Assembly (NCBI RefSeq): GCF_018977255.1
Contig: NW_024704743.1
Location: 26,228,001 to 26,292,000, forward strand
Direction: 5' to 3'
Length of the DNA stretch: 64,000 nucleotides
Source of the DNA: Callorhinchus milii
Taxonomy: Eukaryota
Shown in pieces: positions 38,141 to 51,689 of this stretch; the first letter of the stretch is position 1, and every line of letters begins with the position of its first letter. The notes beneath the pieces are model-generated. The model was not told the DNA's origin and searched no databases. It saw only the letters and a list, made by a program, of their open reading frames with translations. The position numbers and the translations under genes were made by a program.

Positions 38141-39254
38141 AGATCTAACTCTTTGGCTATGCCTATGGTTACCTCATCTTCTCTTGTTCAGTGTCCAAAC
38201 CTGCTACTGCGCAGTGCTCGTAGAAGCTATGTTGTACGGAGAGTGCTATTGAAATGTAAGTTGTGATTGTTGTTGAGGAGGAGGGACAGGCGGGGGGGGG
38301 TAGGAAGCTTGTTTATGGAGAGCAGCAGACCACGCTGAATAATGAAGAAGTGGGAATGGAGAGATGGATGGATGAATGGGTTTAAGCTCAATTACCTCTT
38401 GGGATCAGGAAGTATCTATGAGGAACTGTCCTGTCCCTCAGAAGGCTTTGCGGGGTCTGTGGAAGGAATGGGCTTGAGAAGTTAAATAGTCTGATCTTGT
38501 TCCAGCATTTCAGATGTTTTTAACAATGCTGGGAACAGACCGAGATCCTTCTTTCCCATTAGACACACAACTGGAACATAATACAGACTATGCGATCTTC
38601 TTTTCTCCCTAGAGCATTGAACATTAAACAGTATTAATAACGACACAGCATTGTATCCTGGTAATAAGATCTGCTTGGTAAGAAACACTGCTTTAGCTAC
38701 TATTTATGAAAAGACAGCAAGAGACCAAGTAACTCTATATAATAATAATCCTTGCATTTTATATAGACCCCCTTATCACATCTTTGAGACATCTCAAATT
38801 GCTTCATAGAATACACTGTAAAGTGAATTGACTATATTTTGTGGGCAAAATGTATACCATCATTTTACAAAAAATTTGTAATGTTTATTCCTGTATTTCT
38901 TTGCATAAATTGTACAAGCAGTAGTAACGCTATAAAGCCCTTTCAAGATATTTTAACATGAGCACAATAATCATTTTGTGGCTTTCTTAATTGAATTTGT
39001 GACACAGTAATTATCTTAGCTCTTCTCTGACAAATAATCCCATTATTTGTCAGCGAGAATAGTCCCATATTGAAGTATACCAGTATACTTAGTTAAAGCA
39101 AAGTGTAGAGCTAACCTTGGGATGCTGCAAATCTATCTCAATAGTTAGTCACATAGTGGAATAAATAAAGGTAATTATTATATAATTATTAATGCAATGC
39201 AACAAAGGATTTGGTGGAGGTCCTCAGTATGAAGCTGAACTATAAGAACGAACA

Positions 39255-39445
39255 CAGTCCTATGTTAAATCCCTGGTCTGTGCTATGTTAGCTGATCTCA
39301 ACCAGCACAACAATACAACGGGCTATTGGGCTGAGAGGAGGGGGACTGAAATTCAATCATAGGTTCAACCTATTCCTGATTTCTATTCAGTAATCGTTGG
39401 TGGAAAAGGTATGTGTGGGCGCAGCAGGGAAGGACAGGATTAAGT
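39255..39445 (+). mobile_element. Ancient LF-SINE-like fragment (related pieces ~9890-10010 and ~44970-45045 on minus)
   Basis: AATCCCTGGTCTGTGCT.GTTAGCTGATCTC..GGAAAAG.TATGTGTGG..GACAGGATT; family assignment from memory only. Confidence 0.4.
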
Positions 39446-39824
39446 ACAATTCTGATACTTTACTAAATTCATTCGTGAATAAATAACTCTGCTTTAGAGG
39501 AGTGCCGGAGGCAGCCAAGGCACATAATAATAATAATAATCCTTGCATTTGATATAGCGCCTTGTCCTTGTCGTGTCTTCAAGACGTCTCAATGCGCTTC
39601 ACAGAATATACTGTAAAGTGAATTGACTATATTTTGTGGGCAAAACAAATATATACTCCAAAATAGGAAAATTGCAATGGTAAAACTTTAAAGCACTTCT
39701 ACAAAATCTTCTTGGAAGTAGATATAGCTGCTTTGATTATTAGATTTTCAATTCTTAAATTCTCAAACAATGAAAGGCAAACTAAATTGCAGCATTGAAC
39801 ATCCAGCCAATAGACATTATCAAT

Positions 39825-40840
39825 ATTTATATGCTCCCTCTTGGTGACATCATCTGCAGACATGGGGTCAACTTCCACGTGTATGCGGATGACACCCAAC
39901 TATATCTCTCTGCCTCCAGCCTTGACTCCAGGACCACTGCTGTCCTGACAAAATGTCTGTCAGATATCAAGTCTGGGTGAGAGCAAACTTTCTTCAGTTG
40001 AGCGTCAATAAGACCGAGTCTCTCCTGATTGGTCCCGTCAGCACCTCCACACCTCAGGCGCTGACACCATCACCATCCGTGGTTTCAAACTCCACCTTGC
40101 TAAGCCAGTCCGGAACCAGGGGGTCTTGACCCTCAACTATCCTTTCTGCCCCACATCTGCGCCATGACATGCTTTGCCTTCCCCATCTCCGCAATGTCGC
40201 CCGGCTCCGACACTATCTCACACTGCAGGCCGCCAAAACCCTCATACATGCTTTCATTTCATCAAGGCTCGACTTTGCAAACTCCCTGCTTGTTGGCCTC
40301 TCTAACTCCTCCCTCCACAGACTGCAGATCATCCAGAACTCTGCAGCCCATGTCCTCTCCTGCACGAGGCTCCGTGACCCTATCACCCCCATCCTTGTCC
40401 AACTCCACTGGCTTCCCATCACACAGAGGATATAGTTCAAGATCCTGGTCCTCACCTTCAAAGCCCTCCATGGTCTTGCTCCCCAGTACCACTATGACCT
40501 TCTAACCCTCTACTACACTGTTCGCTCCCTCCACTCAGCGGACTCCGGCTGCTTCAAGTTCCCGCCTTGCTCGCCCCACTATTGGCGGGCGGGCCTTCTG
40601 CCACTCTGCTCCCACCCTCTGGAACTCCATCCCGCAGTCCCTCTGCCTCACCTCCTCCCTTGCCACCTTCAAGACCCATCTCAAGACCCTCCTCTTCGAC
40701 CGTGCTTTCGATCTCCCTGCTTCCCCCCCTGCTATCCCCCACCCCGACCCCCAGCTCGTGTCCGAAACTCTGTCTATCCAGCGCCTTGGGACGTACTCCC
40801 GACATGAAAGTCGCTATACAAATGTGATTTTGTTGTTGTT
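39825..40840 (+). mobile_element. L2-clade LINE fragment, RT YADD to 3' tail
   Basis: IYMLPLGDII..HVYADDTQLY; SRLDFANSLL; HWLPI; tail with (TTG)n. Confidence 0.93.
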
Positions 40841-41285
40841 GAAAAATTGTCTTAAATCTGTATTTTTATTGTGTTACTGTTTCAATACAGTATAGCATTA
40901 CCAGTGGGAGAGCACTGTTCGGGGCAAATTATTTTCTGTTGTGCCATTATCACTATACTGTGATGTCAAACTTTTTGAGACCAGATTTGAAGAGCTCAAG
41001 TTTCTCCTTCTCCTCAGGCCCTGCTGGAAGAGATACCTGCTCCTTATATTCTGCACATTGAACAAAAAGACAAGCTATTGTCCCTCATATTATATTGAAC
41101 ACAGATGACCGTTCTATATTGGGCCCAGTGTATCAATTTAACACGCACTTATAACCAATTTAAAACTATCAATATTTTCTGAACTATTAAAAACAACATC
41201 CAACAGAACGACAACTAAAACATCATGCATTTAACAGTTCTACTAGGCAAACTGGTTTGAGTCTACATCAACAAAGTAAACATAC

Positions 41286-41413
41286 CTGCAATGTAACCAA
41301 AGCATTCCGAGAAAGGTCGAGTGACTTCAAACGTACAAAGCTCTTAAGGGAATTTCCCAGATTTGTGATCTTTTCTTGATAATTTCCCGGTAGATTTAGG
41401 GATCGCACATCCA
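41286..41413 (-). CDS. CEP72: CEP72 coding exon 2, LRR (VDVRSLNLPGNYQEKITNLGNSLKSFVRLKSLDLSRNALVTLQ)
   Basis: Acceptor tctttcag|, donor CAG|gtatgt, 128 nt; matches CEP72 PGTYQEKITHLGHSL..LKSLDLSRN better than paralog LRRC36. Confidence 0.95.
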
Positions 41414-41659
41414 CTGAAAGACGATGAAAAATATTACTGTCAAAGTTAACAAAACTTTGAATAGTCACATACTTCAAATAACTTTTCAAAAACCCAAACT
41501 AATTTATGACTTGTATAAATGTTAAACTTAGCATGAAATTGAAAGATATTTCCGTTAACTCATAGTCCGCCCACTCATTCCGAAATCTATTAAGTATGGA
41601 GCAATAATTTAACTTTAGTCTAAACATATATTTCAAAGTCAACATTTTTTCTAAGTCAA

Positions 41660-42412
41660 ATTACAACAACAACAGCAAAATTACGTTTGTAAAGTGCCTT
41701 TCACATCGGGAGGAACAGTCAGGACCCGAGTGTGGGGGGGGCAGGTTTGGGATGAGGGAGGGCAGAGAGGTAGGAGGGCAGCTGAGGGCACTGTCGAAAA
41801 GGAATTGTACCTTGAAAGAGGCAAGAGAGGGAGCAAGGCGGAGGGATTGTGGGATGGAGTTCCAAAGAATGGGAACAGAGAGGCTGAAAGCCCGGCCACC
41901 GATGGTAGGGCGGGTCGGGTGGGAGACATGGAGCAGGGTGGAACCCACTGAACTGAGGGAGCGGGCAGGTTGATACTGAGTCAGCAGGTCAGAGAGGTAG
42001 GAGGGGGCAAGGCCATGGAGAGCCTTGAAAATGAGGGGTGGGTAGGGAAGGGATGGAAGTTGTGAGGGGAGTGGCAGCTGAGTGGATTCCCTCGATTTTA
42101 GACCCGAGGAAGTCCAGAATTTCCTCGCAGTGGGAGTCGGAGGAAAGAACCTGCGGGGAGGGTGGAGGTGCTTGGTTGGTGGTGGAGAACAGGAGCCTGG
42201 GGTTGCCCTTCACCTCCAGGATCAACCTGGAATAGAAGGATGATTTGGCTGAGGCGAGAGCGGAGCGGTAGGTCTTGATGAGGTCCAGCCAGATGTGCCA
42301 GTGGACCGTTTGGCCGGATTTGAGCCAAGTGCGTTCGGCAGCCCGCACCTGGCCCTTGAGCGAGCGGAGGTGGCTGGTGAACCAGGATGAGGATCGGGAA
42401 CAGGAGGCAGTT
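41660..42412 (-). mobile_element. L2 LINE fragments (3' end plus an internal ORF2 piece)
   Basis: RPTIGGRAFSLSVPILWNSIP; ERTWLKSGQTVH..AKSSFYS..NPRLLFST. Confidence 0.85.
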
Positions 42413-45400
42413 CCTATTCAGATAATCAGATACTTTCAAAAAAGTAATATTAAAGGGTGGGTACAGGATTAGATAAGTTTCTCATGTGAAAAAAAACACT
42501 GGCTCCTCCAGTGCAACATTCTTTGATTCTATTTACTTAGTGGAGCCACTTAAAAGTTGTGCAGACTGTCAATATTCTATAGTTACCAGCATGTCACATT
42601 TCTTTCTACACACAAAGGAAAATTATAATCGTGAAAATAGATATTTTGTGAGATGTAATTTAGCAGAGGTCTGACATCAATACAAATTACATTTACATAG
42701 CGCTTTTCATGACAGGAGGACATCTCAAAGCAGGTAACAGGTATGGATTTGTAATGAAAAATAACTTCCTTTGTATCACTGACAATCCTGAAATCAGATA
42801 AGAAAAGAAATCCGTAACACTGAACAAACTAGACATGTCCTTAATTTCGTAATTAACCAATGAAAAAAATTACAAGTGATTTGTAAAGTATGATTCTTTG
42901 TCAGGGTAGAGTCACAGACCGCCCTGCAGTGCGTTCCTAAATGACCATTCCCCGAGGTGTGTGACTTGACAGTGATTTTGGTGAATTATATCATTTCTTC
43001 TATTGTTGTGTTGAGATCACTAACTGAATACAAGCTGAAATTGAACCTTCAATCCTTTGGGCCTATGGTTAAGCTACGTCCTGAGCCATTGGGCACCTTC
43101 TTCATCTTTCTTTTACAAATGAATCTTTCTACTGTTCCCACAATAAGAAATAAGAACAGGAAATACCTGTTTACCAATAAATAAATAGCTTATTTTCACC
43201 TATGTAAGTCACTGAAAAATAGCAAGAAAGATGTTTAATATTTTGAAACATGCTGCTTTACTGAACCAAAGCGCTAAATTTTAGGGTTAGGAACGTCCCT
43301 ACAGTATGAGTAAAAACAACAACTTGCACTTATATAGCGCCCCTCACGCTGGGTAGGGTTCCAGAGCACTTGACAGTGGCGGAGACGACTCCGAGTAAAA
43401 GCTTAAACTGAGTGAAATGACCTACAAAATAGTGTGAGTTTTTAAAAGGCAATAGCATAGCATGTCGGAGCATCAATGATAGTCTCCAGAGAACTGAGAA
43501 TGCACCAAGGTCCCAGACACAGCATATTAGGGAAACAATTGGAGATCAAGATGTCCTCAAAACTTCAAAGGGCAAGTTGTCCCTGAGCTGTTCTTGAATG
43601 CCTCCTGGCAGCTGGTTCAGTGAAGCAATTTCAAAGTCCTGAAAGCAAACTGCTCAACTTCCAGCTGTCTGTAGTCTAGGGAGGGTGTAAAACTGAATGG
43701 TGTCTGAAGATCGGGAGGAAAAAGAGAGAAAATGCGAAGGTGATAATCCTCAAAGTAAAAAAAAAGTTGAATTAAAGCTATTACAGTCATTGCAATGGTT
43801 GGTAGCATAAATGTTTGAATGCAGTCAATGTACTCTCAGAATAAGCCATTTTGGAGACTGTTCAGATCTTCTCACACACTTTTTTTTGCCAAAATCAAGT
43901 AAAGACATTTAGAAAAGTCATTGTCTAATATGAATCCCAGCCATAACAGATCAGGATGCTGTCAAATTCAATCCCTGAGGCCGACTGCACATTATTCCAG
44001 TGCTGTAATTTTCTTCTGATGAGTGAAAATTCTGCCAGAATCTATTTCAGATTGTTACCTGGTTTGTGAACAGAAATGTGCTGCCACATTTCCCAACCCA
44101 GCTTGCAAATACAACAACTACAACAACAAAATTACATTTATAGAGCGCCTTTCACGTTGGGAGGACTTCCCAAAGCGCTGGAAGAACACTCTTAGTTATT
44201 GGCTTAGACTCATGCTCTTTGAATCATACCACGTCATTCATGACTTCTAGGGAGAAGGGGAGGAAAATTGGAGGGAAATATGAAGAATAAGTTGTATGAA
44301 CCTACAGGGGCTCTTTGGTCTTGCATATATAATACCAATAGACAATTAAAATGATTACTTGCATTAGGAAACTAAAGATTGAGTGAAAAGGATTGGATTT
44401 CATGTGTAGACACCATGTCTTGCTCTCATCCAGGAGTCATGGTTTTAATAATAGGTTTTCGATTAAAAGGTTCTGCAGGAACAAGGAAGGACATGGAGTG
44501 TTACCCACTTCCAGCAGCAAGAGCAAAGGAGCAGCTACAATTAATCAGAAGTCATTGCCCATTATCTTTCACAAGTAGCTGACTTTTGTTTGCTGTAATT
44601 TACTGTAGAGTGTAGTGATTGTGTATTGTATAGATAAACATGGTAGTTATTTTCTGCACAGTGATGTCTCACAAACAACCACAAAGCAACTGAACAATTT
44701 TATCTAGGTGATTGTTGGCCATGACACTGGGAGAAAATTCCTTCTCTTTTCCAAATAGTGCCATTTTATCTTTAGTGTCCACCACGGTTTAATTTCTTAA
44801 CTGAAGAATGGCACTTCTGACAATGCAACAAGATGAGAAGATGATTTAGTTACTTGCCAACTTTTTCTTAAAAATATTAAAATAAAGAACAAAACTCAAC
44901 AAATCATGAAAATTCCATCTTGTATAGACTCTGCAGAGAATTGGTTGAAGTAAATCTGATAAAATTACATAGATTAGCTAACTCAGCATAGAGCACCGAG
45001 TTCGACCTGGAACCTTTGCGGTCTGAATGCCTCAGTTCTGCACATGACAGCTCCCCGACAAGGGCAATATTATTCCGTTTTGAAAAGAATTTATCAAGTT
45101 AGTTTCAACAACAGCTTGTCCGGGAAAGGAAAATTCTTAAAAACTTTTGACAACAGTGCTGATCAGTGCAGAACAGTGTGCCTTCAGGCGAGGGTACTGG
45201 AAGTTGCTAAAAGATTTTTTCCCCCTATTATTTTCTGTAGCAGGTATGATACTATTGATATTTGATGTCTGTCAGCTAGCTTCAACTGCTGTTGACGATG
45301 TAAATTTTATGCTGTATTACCCGCATGGTGTGATTATATGGCATGCTATTTTTCATGTGATTTTTGTAGGAAATATCTTTCTTAACGCCACGACCAGTTT

Positions 45401-45605
45401 TTACTTCCACCAGCAAGAATTGCCTTTTATGCTTGAGCTGAGATTGCTGATGCTAATAGATTTGCTTTGATGCATTTCTGATCTGGCCAAGGTTTGTGTA
45501 TGTTTACTCAAAAGAAAGCATGAAGGCATCAGGGATTTACGTAGTCACAGGCCTCAAGGTAGCATAGTTTATCAAGGAGACAGTCGACACAAAAAGACTG
45601 GGGCC

Positions 45606-45735
45606 ATTCTGACGAAGGGTCGTGGACATGAAAAGTTGACTCACTTTCCTTTCTCCATAGATGCTGTCTGACCTGCTGAGTGTTCCCAGTGACTTCTGTT
45701 TTTGTTTCAGATTTCCAGCATCTGCAGTATTTTGT
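45606..45735 (+). mobile_element. Penelope-like element terminal fragment
   Basis: CTGACGAAGGGTC..GAAA..CTCCATAGATGCTG.CTGACCTGCTGAGT.TTCC..TTTCAGATTTCCAGCATCTGCAGT, matching my recollection of an abundant shark Penelope-type repeat. Confidence 0.65.
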
Positions 45736-46860
45736 GTTATAGTTTATCAATGTTGATCAAGTCCTTGCTGCAGTCCTGCTGCTGTACGTTTGCTCTTAGT
45801 CTATTTGACTAACTGCCATTGGAGTTAGTGTTACTTCTTTTATTTTTACTTTACTTTTACTTTGCCTGTCCTTTATACACTGTAAATATTAAATTGCATC
45901 TGTTTTCATTTCTATAGGTGAATGTCACTGTCTAGTCATAAGGCATTGGGTATGTAAATACTTCAAGTACTTTATACCCATAACAATTATGATAATCACT
46001 GCATTTGATATGTCACCTTAGCACATCATCAGATATCTCAAAATGCTTCACAAGAATTACTGTAAAGTGTAGTAACTATATATTTATAGGTGCATGTTGC
46101 AGACAATTTGCTTACAACAATAGCTGTAACCAAACTGCAGTTGGGTTTTCATCATCATTTGGCCCAAAATTTTAATTGCTGCTGCCTGACGTTCAGATGT
46201 TATTGTGCTTTGCTGAAGTATTTAACTGCTTTGCTCAAGTATTTTTGTGTTGCAATTGTCTCATTTAGTCTTTGACTTTTGGATGTCTTTCTTGCCCCTC
46301 GCACAATGACATTTTATTTTCTCTTTCCTGTCCTGTCTCAAGGATGACGGCAGACTCAAGAGTGCTTAATCCAAATAACTATTCTTTATGTGAGAGTCTT
46401 AGATATTCAGCATAGACAGTTTTTTATTGGGGCAAAAGGTTAAACAAAAGACGAATATTGTGATACACTCTTGTGTTCAAAGAATGATGAGTAGTTGGGA
46501 CAATATGCCAAGAGGCAGTAGACACAAAAAGACTGGGGCCACTTGAACTGAAGGTGAATAGTATACAAGGTAAGATAGGATATTTCCTCAAAAACATCCT
46601 GGGGAGGTTATCATTGACAAGAAATGTAACTGGAGCAGTCACTTCAACACTGTAGCTTCATAAATTGTCAGGGGTTAGGTACTCTTCATAGGCAAAGAAA
46701 TGCAAGGATTATTATTATTAATGTCATCTGCAACGTTCGATTCAGGAGTATATTCACCACTTGTATGGACGAATGCAGAGAGAGAGCTCAACAAGACTTA
46801 GGAGAAAGCAGCTCACTTGATCCCATACCTGAGCCAAATGATAATTTAGATTGATTTAAC

Positions 46861-47511
46861 AACAATAATGCTAGCATTCGATTTAGCTCTTTATCACGAC
46901 TGGGAGACGTCTCAAAGCGCTTCACAGAATATACTGTAAAGTGAATGGACTGTATATTTTGTGGGCGAAACCGGCAGCCAATTGCGTGCAGGAGTGTCCC
47001 ACAAACAGTCATGGATTGAAGTGACCAATTTATTATTATTATTTTTGAAGCAATTATTACCCCCAGAAAAGCGATCCGCCAATCGACTAACAACCGGGTT
47101 CCTACTTACTCCTAGGTAAACAGAGGCATGTGGAGTAAGGAAACTTCCCAACGTTTCGCCCTGCCGGGAATCAAACTCAAGACCTCTCGCTGAGTTACAC
47201 TGGGTGCCCGACCCATCCTACCATCGGTGGCCGGGCTTTCAGCCTCTCTGTCCCCACACTCTGGAATTCCATCCCACGGTCCCTTCGTCTCGCTTCCTCC
47301 CTTGCCTCCTTCGAGGCCGGTCTCAAGACCCTTCTCTTCGATCGTGCCTTTGGTCTCCCTCCCACCTCTCTGCCTTCCCTCACCCCTACACCACCCCTCC
47401 CTCATGCTCGGGCCCCGACACCTGACTGTTCAGCGCTTTGGGACGTCCTCCCGACGTGAAAGGTGCTCTATAAATGTAATTTTGTTCTTGTTTGTTGTTG
47501 TACAGGACTCC
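46861..47511 (-). mobile_element. Deu-domain SINE (minus) whose head is interrupted by a plus-strand L2 3' fragment (~47200-47500)
   Basis: SINE body 46861-47190; residual head TACAGGACTCC at 47501-47511 after the L2 (TTG)n tail. Confidence 0.8.
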
Positions 47512-49449
47512 AAGCTTAACACAGAGTGTAATCATTGCAGGAATTCTTTTGTGGCAGTTGATTGTTGGTTCTGAAGTAATACAAAGGATGGAACCGGAAA
47601 AAGTCATTCAGTCATTGAGTGCCCTCTTTCCAAACTCTGTGTCACAAGACACTCCCTTAAGAGAGGTGAACAAACATAAGAACACTCTTAACATTTCTCT
47701 GCAACTAAACAGCAAATCTCAAGAGTATCATGAAATCATGTTACAACCATCATTTATCTCTGCAAGTCTGCACCTACTCTTGTAACTTTCAACCAAATAT
47801 CTATCCCACTACTTTTTAAGAGTTTTTTAAAATTTAATTGAGGCACTTAAGTGAAGAGCCAATGCCCATACTGACAGCTGAACAACTAACTGGAAAAGAG
47901 ACAAGGACATAAATTAAACAAGGCCCGGATGAAGCCGGATTTGAATTCTTACGTGGTAGGAGATGGAGGGAACTAAAGAGATTCACTCTTTATGGTCTGG
48001 TAAAATATAGTGTAGGACACAGTGCATAGAATTTTAATTTCAATACAGTGACAATAATACTTGTATTTATATAGCGCCTTATCGCATTATAAAACTTTGC
48101 AAAGCTCTTAACAGGATGCACTGTGTACAAAGATACATGGATTTAGACAATAATGGGTTGGATGACGTATTTGGAGCACAAGAGGAATATGAGAAGATAT
48201 CAATAAATCAGCAAGTTCTTTTAAGAGTTTATTCCACAGAACTACCACTGGTGAAGATGAAGAACATATCTGTATTTCTTTCTAAATCTTAGCAACATTA
48301 ACGAAAAATAAACTGAGTTTTGTGCTTGTGTCCTTCTTATACATCGTGTTCGGCCACTGTCAAACGCTCTGGGAAGCTACCCTGCGTTATATAAATGCAA
48401 GTTGTTGTTGTAATACCTACAATAAAGAAATTTGCAAATTATTCTCTCACCTATATTTTAGTGAGCAGATCTAATAAAGCCTTTTGAAGTGAAGGCTTTT
48501 AGCACATGATTTGTAACAATATCTTCAATATGATAATTCGATTGAATACTAAAATATAGTATTAGGTGCCTAAATAGGATATCTAATTTCCTTTACACCT
48601 GATGTTATAATTTACTAACCTGGTACCATATTATGCACAGTTCTAAGCAATCTTCTACTCAGATTAAAGTTGGCTATATATTTATCTATTCACTCAAAGA
48701 CATGGAGAAGACTCTATTAAAGGAAAAGATTTATTAAAGGTGAAAGAGGTAAGCAACGATGAGCAAACTCTGAGTGTAAAGATAAAGGAAATAATTTTCA
48801 GGTTCAAAGAAAGGAACGCATTATATAAAATGTTCAAATAGGGATAAGATACCTGAAAAGTATTCTTGAATGTGTTCTACTGTGAGCAATTTTTTTTGGT
48901 CAGCTGGGCGTCTGACACGTGGAAACCTACCACCATGCTTAGGAGTATCCAAACCAACCTGAGAATTCCATGCATCCCACCTATACATGGAAATTTCAGA
49001 GACAGATTGTTGGAATGGAACCCACTCTCCCCGGAGTGACGCATCCTGCTTACCTAATTCTGGGAGGTATTGGAAGAGGTTGGCAAGAGCCTAGGCTTGG
49101 GGAACCCAGAGTGCGTGTTACCGTACTGCTGGAGTCTAGCAGATAAAACCACGTAGCTTGCCATTGATATTACTGTAGGATGGTCCTCGCTGGACAAGCT
49201 TTTCCACTGCTTGTCCAGCTAGGACCACCGTACCCGTTAGGGGTTTGGCTTGCAGGGTTAACAGGAGCTGGGTGGGATGATTCCCTACCCCCGGTGACTG
49301 ACTGGTCTGCCCTTCCAGGTCCTGCCAACGAACCAGTCTGACTGTGCTGTCATCAGCAGAACTGGACTACCGAGTCGGCCACAAAAGACCGGCTCGATTC
49401 TGACATTCCGTTGCCAAACATGTCACCTTGCAGCCAGTTCAGCTGGAGA

Positions 49450-49609
49450 ATGATCCGCCAATCGACTAACAACCAGGCTCCTACATAACTGCTGGGTAAA
49501 CAGAAGTGTGTGGAGGAAGAAAACCTGCCTAAGGTTTCACCCTGCCCGGGAATGGAACCTGGGTCCTCTCGCTTGCGAGGCGAGTGCTCTAACCAATACA
49601 CTACAGGAT
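49450..49609 (-). mobile_element. SINE 5' head fragment
   Basis: TCCTGTAGTGTATTGGTTAGAGCACTCGCC..GGTTCCATTCC on minus. Confidence 0.75.
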
Positions 49610-50309
49610 TTATACAAGTAAATTCCAGAGATATTTATTGCAATGCAATGAACACTCTCTTCCTAATTCTGGAAAGTAGTAAGAGCAGGTTGGCAAGAGC
49701 CAAGGTTTAGGGACCCCCAAAGTGTGTGTTGGGAGTACTGCTGGCTTCCAACCAGCTAGAACTGTGTAGCTTGCTGTTGAAGGCACGGCCTGACAAGCTT
49801 TCCTGCTACATGTCCAGCTAGGACCACCCACCATTAGGGCTTTCGCTTGCAGGGGAGCTGAGTGAGAAGAATCTCTGAACCCAGTGACTGACTGGTCTGC
49901 CTCTCCGTGGCCTGCCAATAAGCAAGCCTGGCTGTGCTGTCATCGGCAGTGACCTGGAGTACTGCAGACTCACCTGCCTCAGGAACTGGGCTACTGAGAC
50001 AGCCACAGAGAGTTAGCTCGATTCTGACATTTGTTGCCAAACATGTCACCTTGAGCCAGTCCAGCTCCAATTAACTGCCCCACCCCCATGAAGCATAGTC
50101 AATAGTTGTTTCATTTGGCATCCAACAATTTCGCTCACTGGGTAGATGGAAGGTAGCAGGAAATTTCTATGAGCTTCCTGATGGGCAAAACAACTAGTTG
50201 AGATATGCCAAAAGAGCAATGGGATTAAAAAATCAACCAAGATCTAATAAATTGATAGAACAGATTCTGAGGGTTGAATGACCTCCTCCAGATCCTGTTT
50301 GCCTGTGTG

Positions 50310-50773
50310 CCGTCGTACTTTCCCGCACCAGGCTCCGTGAACCTATCAACCCGACTCCACTGGCTTCCCATCACACAGAAGATCCTGGTGCCCACTTTCA
50401 AAGCCCTCCATGGACTTGATCCCCTCACCTCTGAGACCTCCTAGCCACCTACCATCCTGCCTGCTCCCTCGGCTCAGCGAGCTCTGGCCTGCTTCATGTT
50501 CCCTACCTAGCCTGCCCCACCATTGGCGGGTGGGCCTTCAGCCACTCTGCTCCCACCCTCTGGAACTCCATCCCACAGTCTCTCCGCCTCGTACCCTCCC
50601 TTGGCTCCTTCAAGATCCTCCATTTCAACTGTGCCTTCGGTCACCCTCCTTCCCCTGCCCCCCACCCTCCCCAATCCCGACCCCCAGCTCGTTTCAGAAA
50701 CACAGACTGTCCAGCATATTGGGACTTCCTCCTGACGTGAAAGGCGCTATACAAATGTAATTCTGTTGTTGTT
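50310..50773 (+). mobile_element. L2 3' fragment
   Basis: HWLPITQKI..FKALHGL; L2 tail with (GTT)n. Confidence 0.85.
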
Positions 50774-51689
50774 GTACCTGCATCCTAAATGCAACAATTA
50801 CTAGTGTTCCTTGTTATTGATTATTACTGTTATTGTTGGACCAGTAGTGCAGTGCGTTGCTTTTATGAACTCTGGAAAACATGATTAGTTATTATTGTTT
50901 TTATGTTTCAGTGAATGGCTTGTGCCTACAGGTGTACATGTATGCAGGTTAGACATTTTTCTCTTGCACGAACACCTTTATTATGAGGACACAAAAACTG
51001 ATACGTTTCTGGTTTACACATCAAGCAAGAAAGTGGTTTACAGCCCTGGGAGCAGTTCGGGGAGGAGACGAGAGCAAAGTAAGGGCAGCAGCCCTTAAGA
51101 TTTTTGGGGGATCAGCCAGTTGTTAGACACATGCGGAAACCCATCACTGTGTTTGGGACGTCCTCCCGACGTGAAAAGCGCTATATCAAATGCAAAGATT
51201 ATTATTATTATTATTATTAAGAGTATCCAAGCCAAGCTGAGATTACCATGCCTCCCACCTGGACATAGAAATCCCAGAGAAAGATTGCTGCAATGGAACG
51301 CACCCTCTCTCCGTGGAGGGACGCATCCCGCTTCCCTAATTCCGGGAAAGTATTAGGCGCAGGTTGGCAAGAACCAAGGCTTGGGGAACCCAGAGTGTGT
51401 GTGGGACAGAGAGTGGGGTCTGGGTCGGGGGGGGGACAGAGAGTGGGGTCAGGGTCGGGGGGAGACAGAGAGCGTGGTCAGGTTCAGGGGGGACAGAGAG
51501 TGGGGTCTCTGCTGGAGTCGAACCAGCTAACTCCGCAAAGCTTGCCAGTGATATCACTGCCTGGCAAGCTATCCGGCAGCTTGTCCGGCTACGACCACCC
51601 GACCCGTCAGGGACAAGCAACGGGAGCCACATCTGGACTTTGTCCTTGGCAACACCTGGAAGAGCCAGAAACCCATCCCGGCCTCTCCC

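Larger units (their letters stand above)
48895..51640. repeat. Three same-orientation copies of an unclassified ~400-550 bp repeat (48895-49445, 49665-50070, 51100-51640); fourth copy at 14543-14855
   Basis: Shared blocks GGTTGGCAAGA.CC.AGG.TT.GGG, GCTGGAGTC, CAAGCT..C...GC.TGTCC.GCTA.GAC; GACTGGTCTGCC in three of the four copies. Confidence 0.85.
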
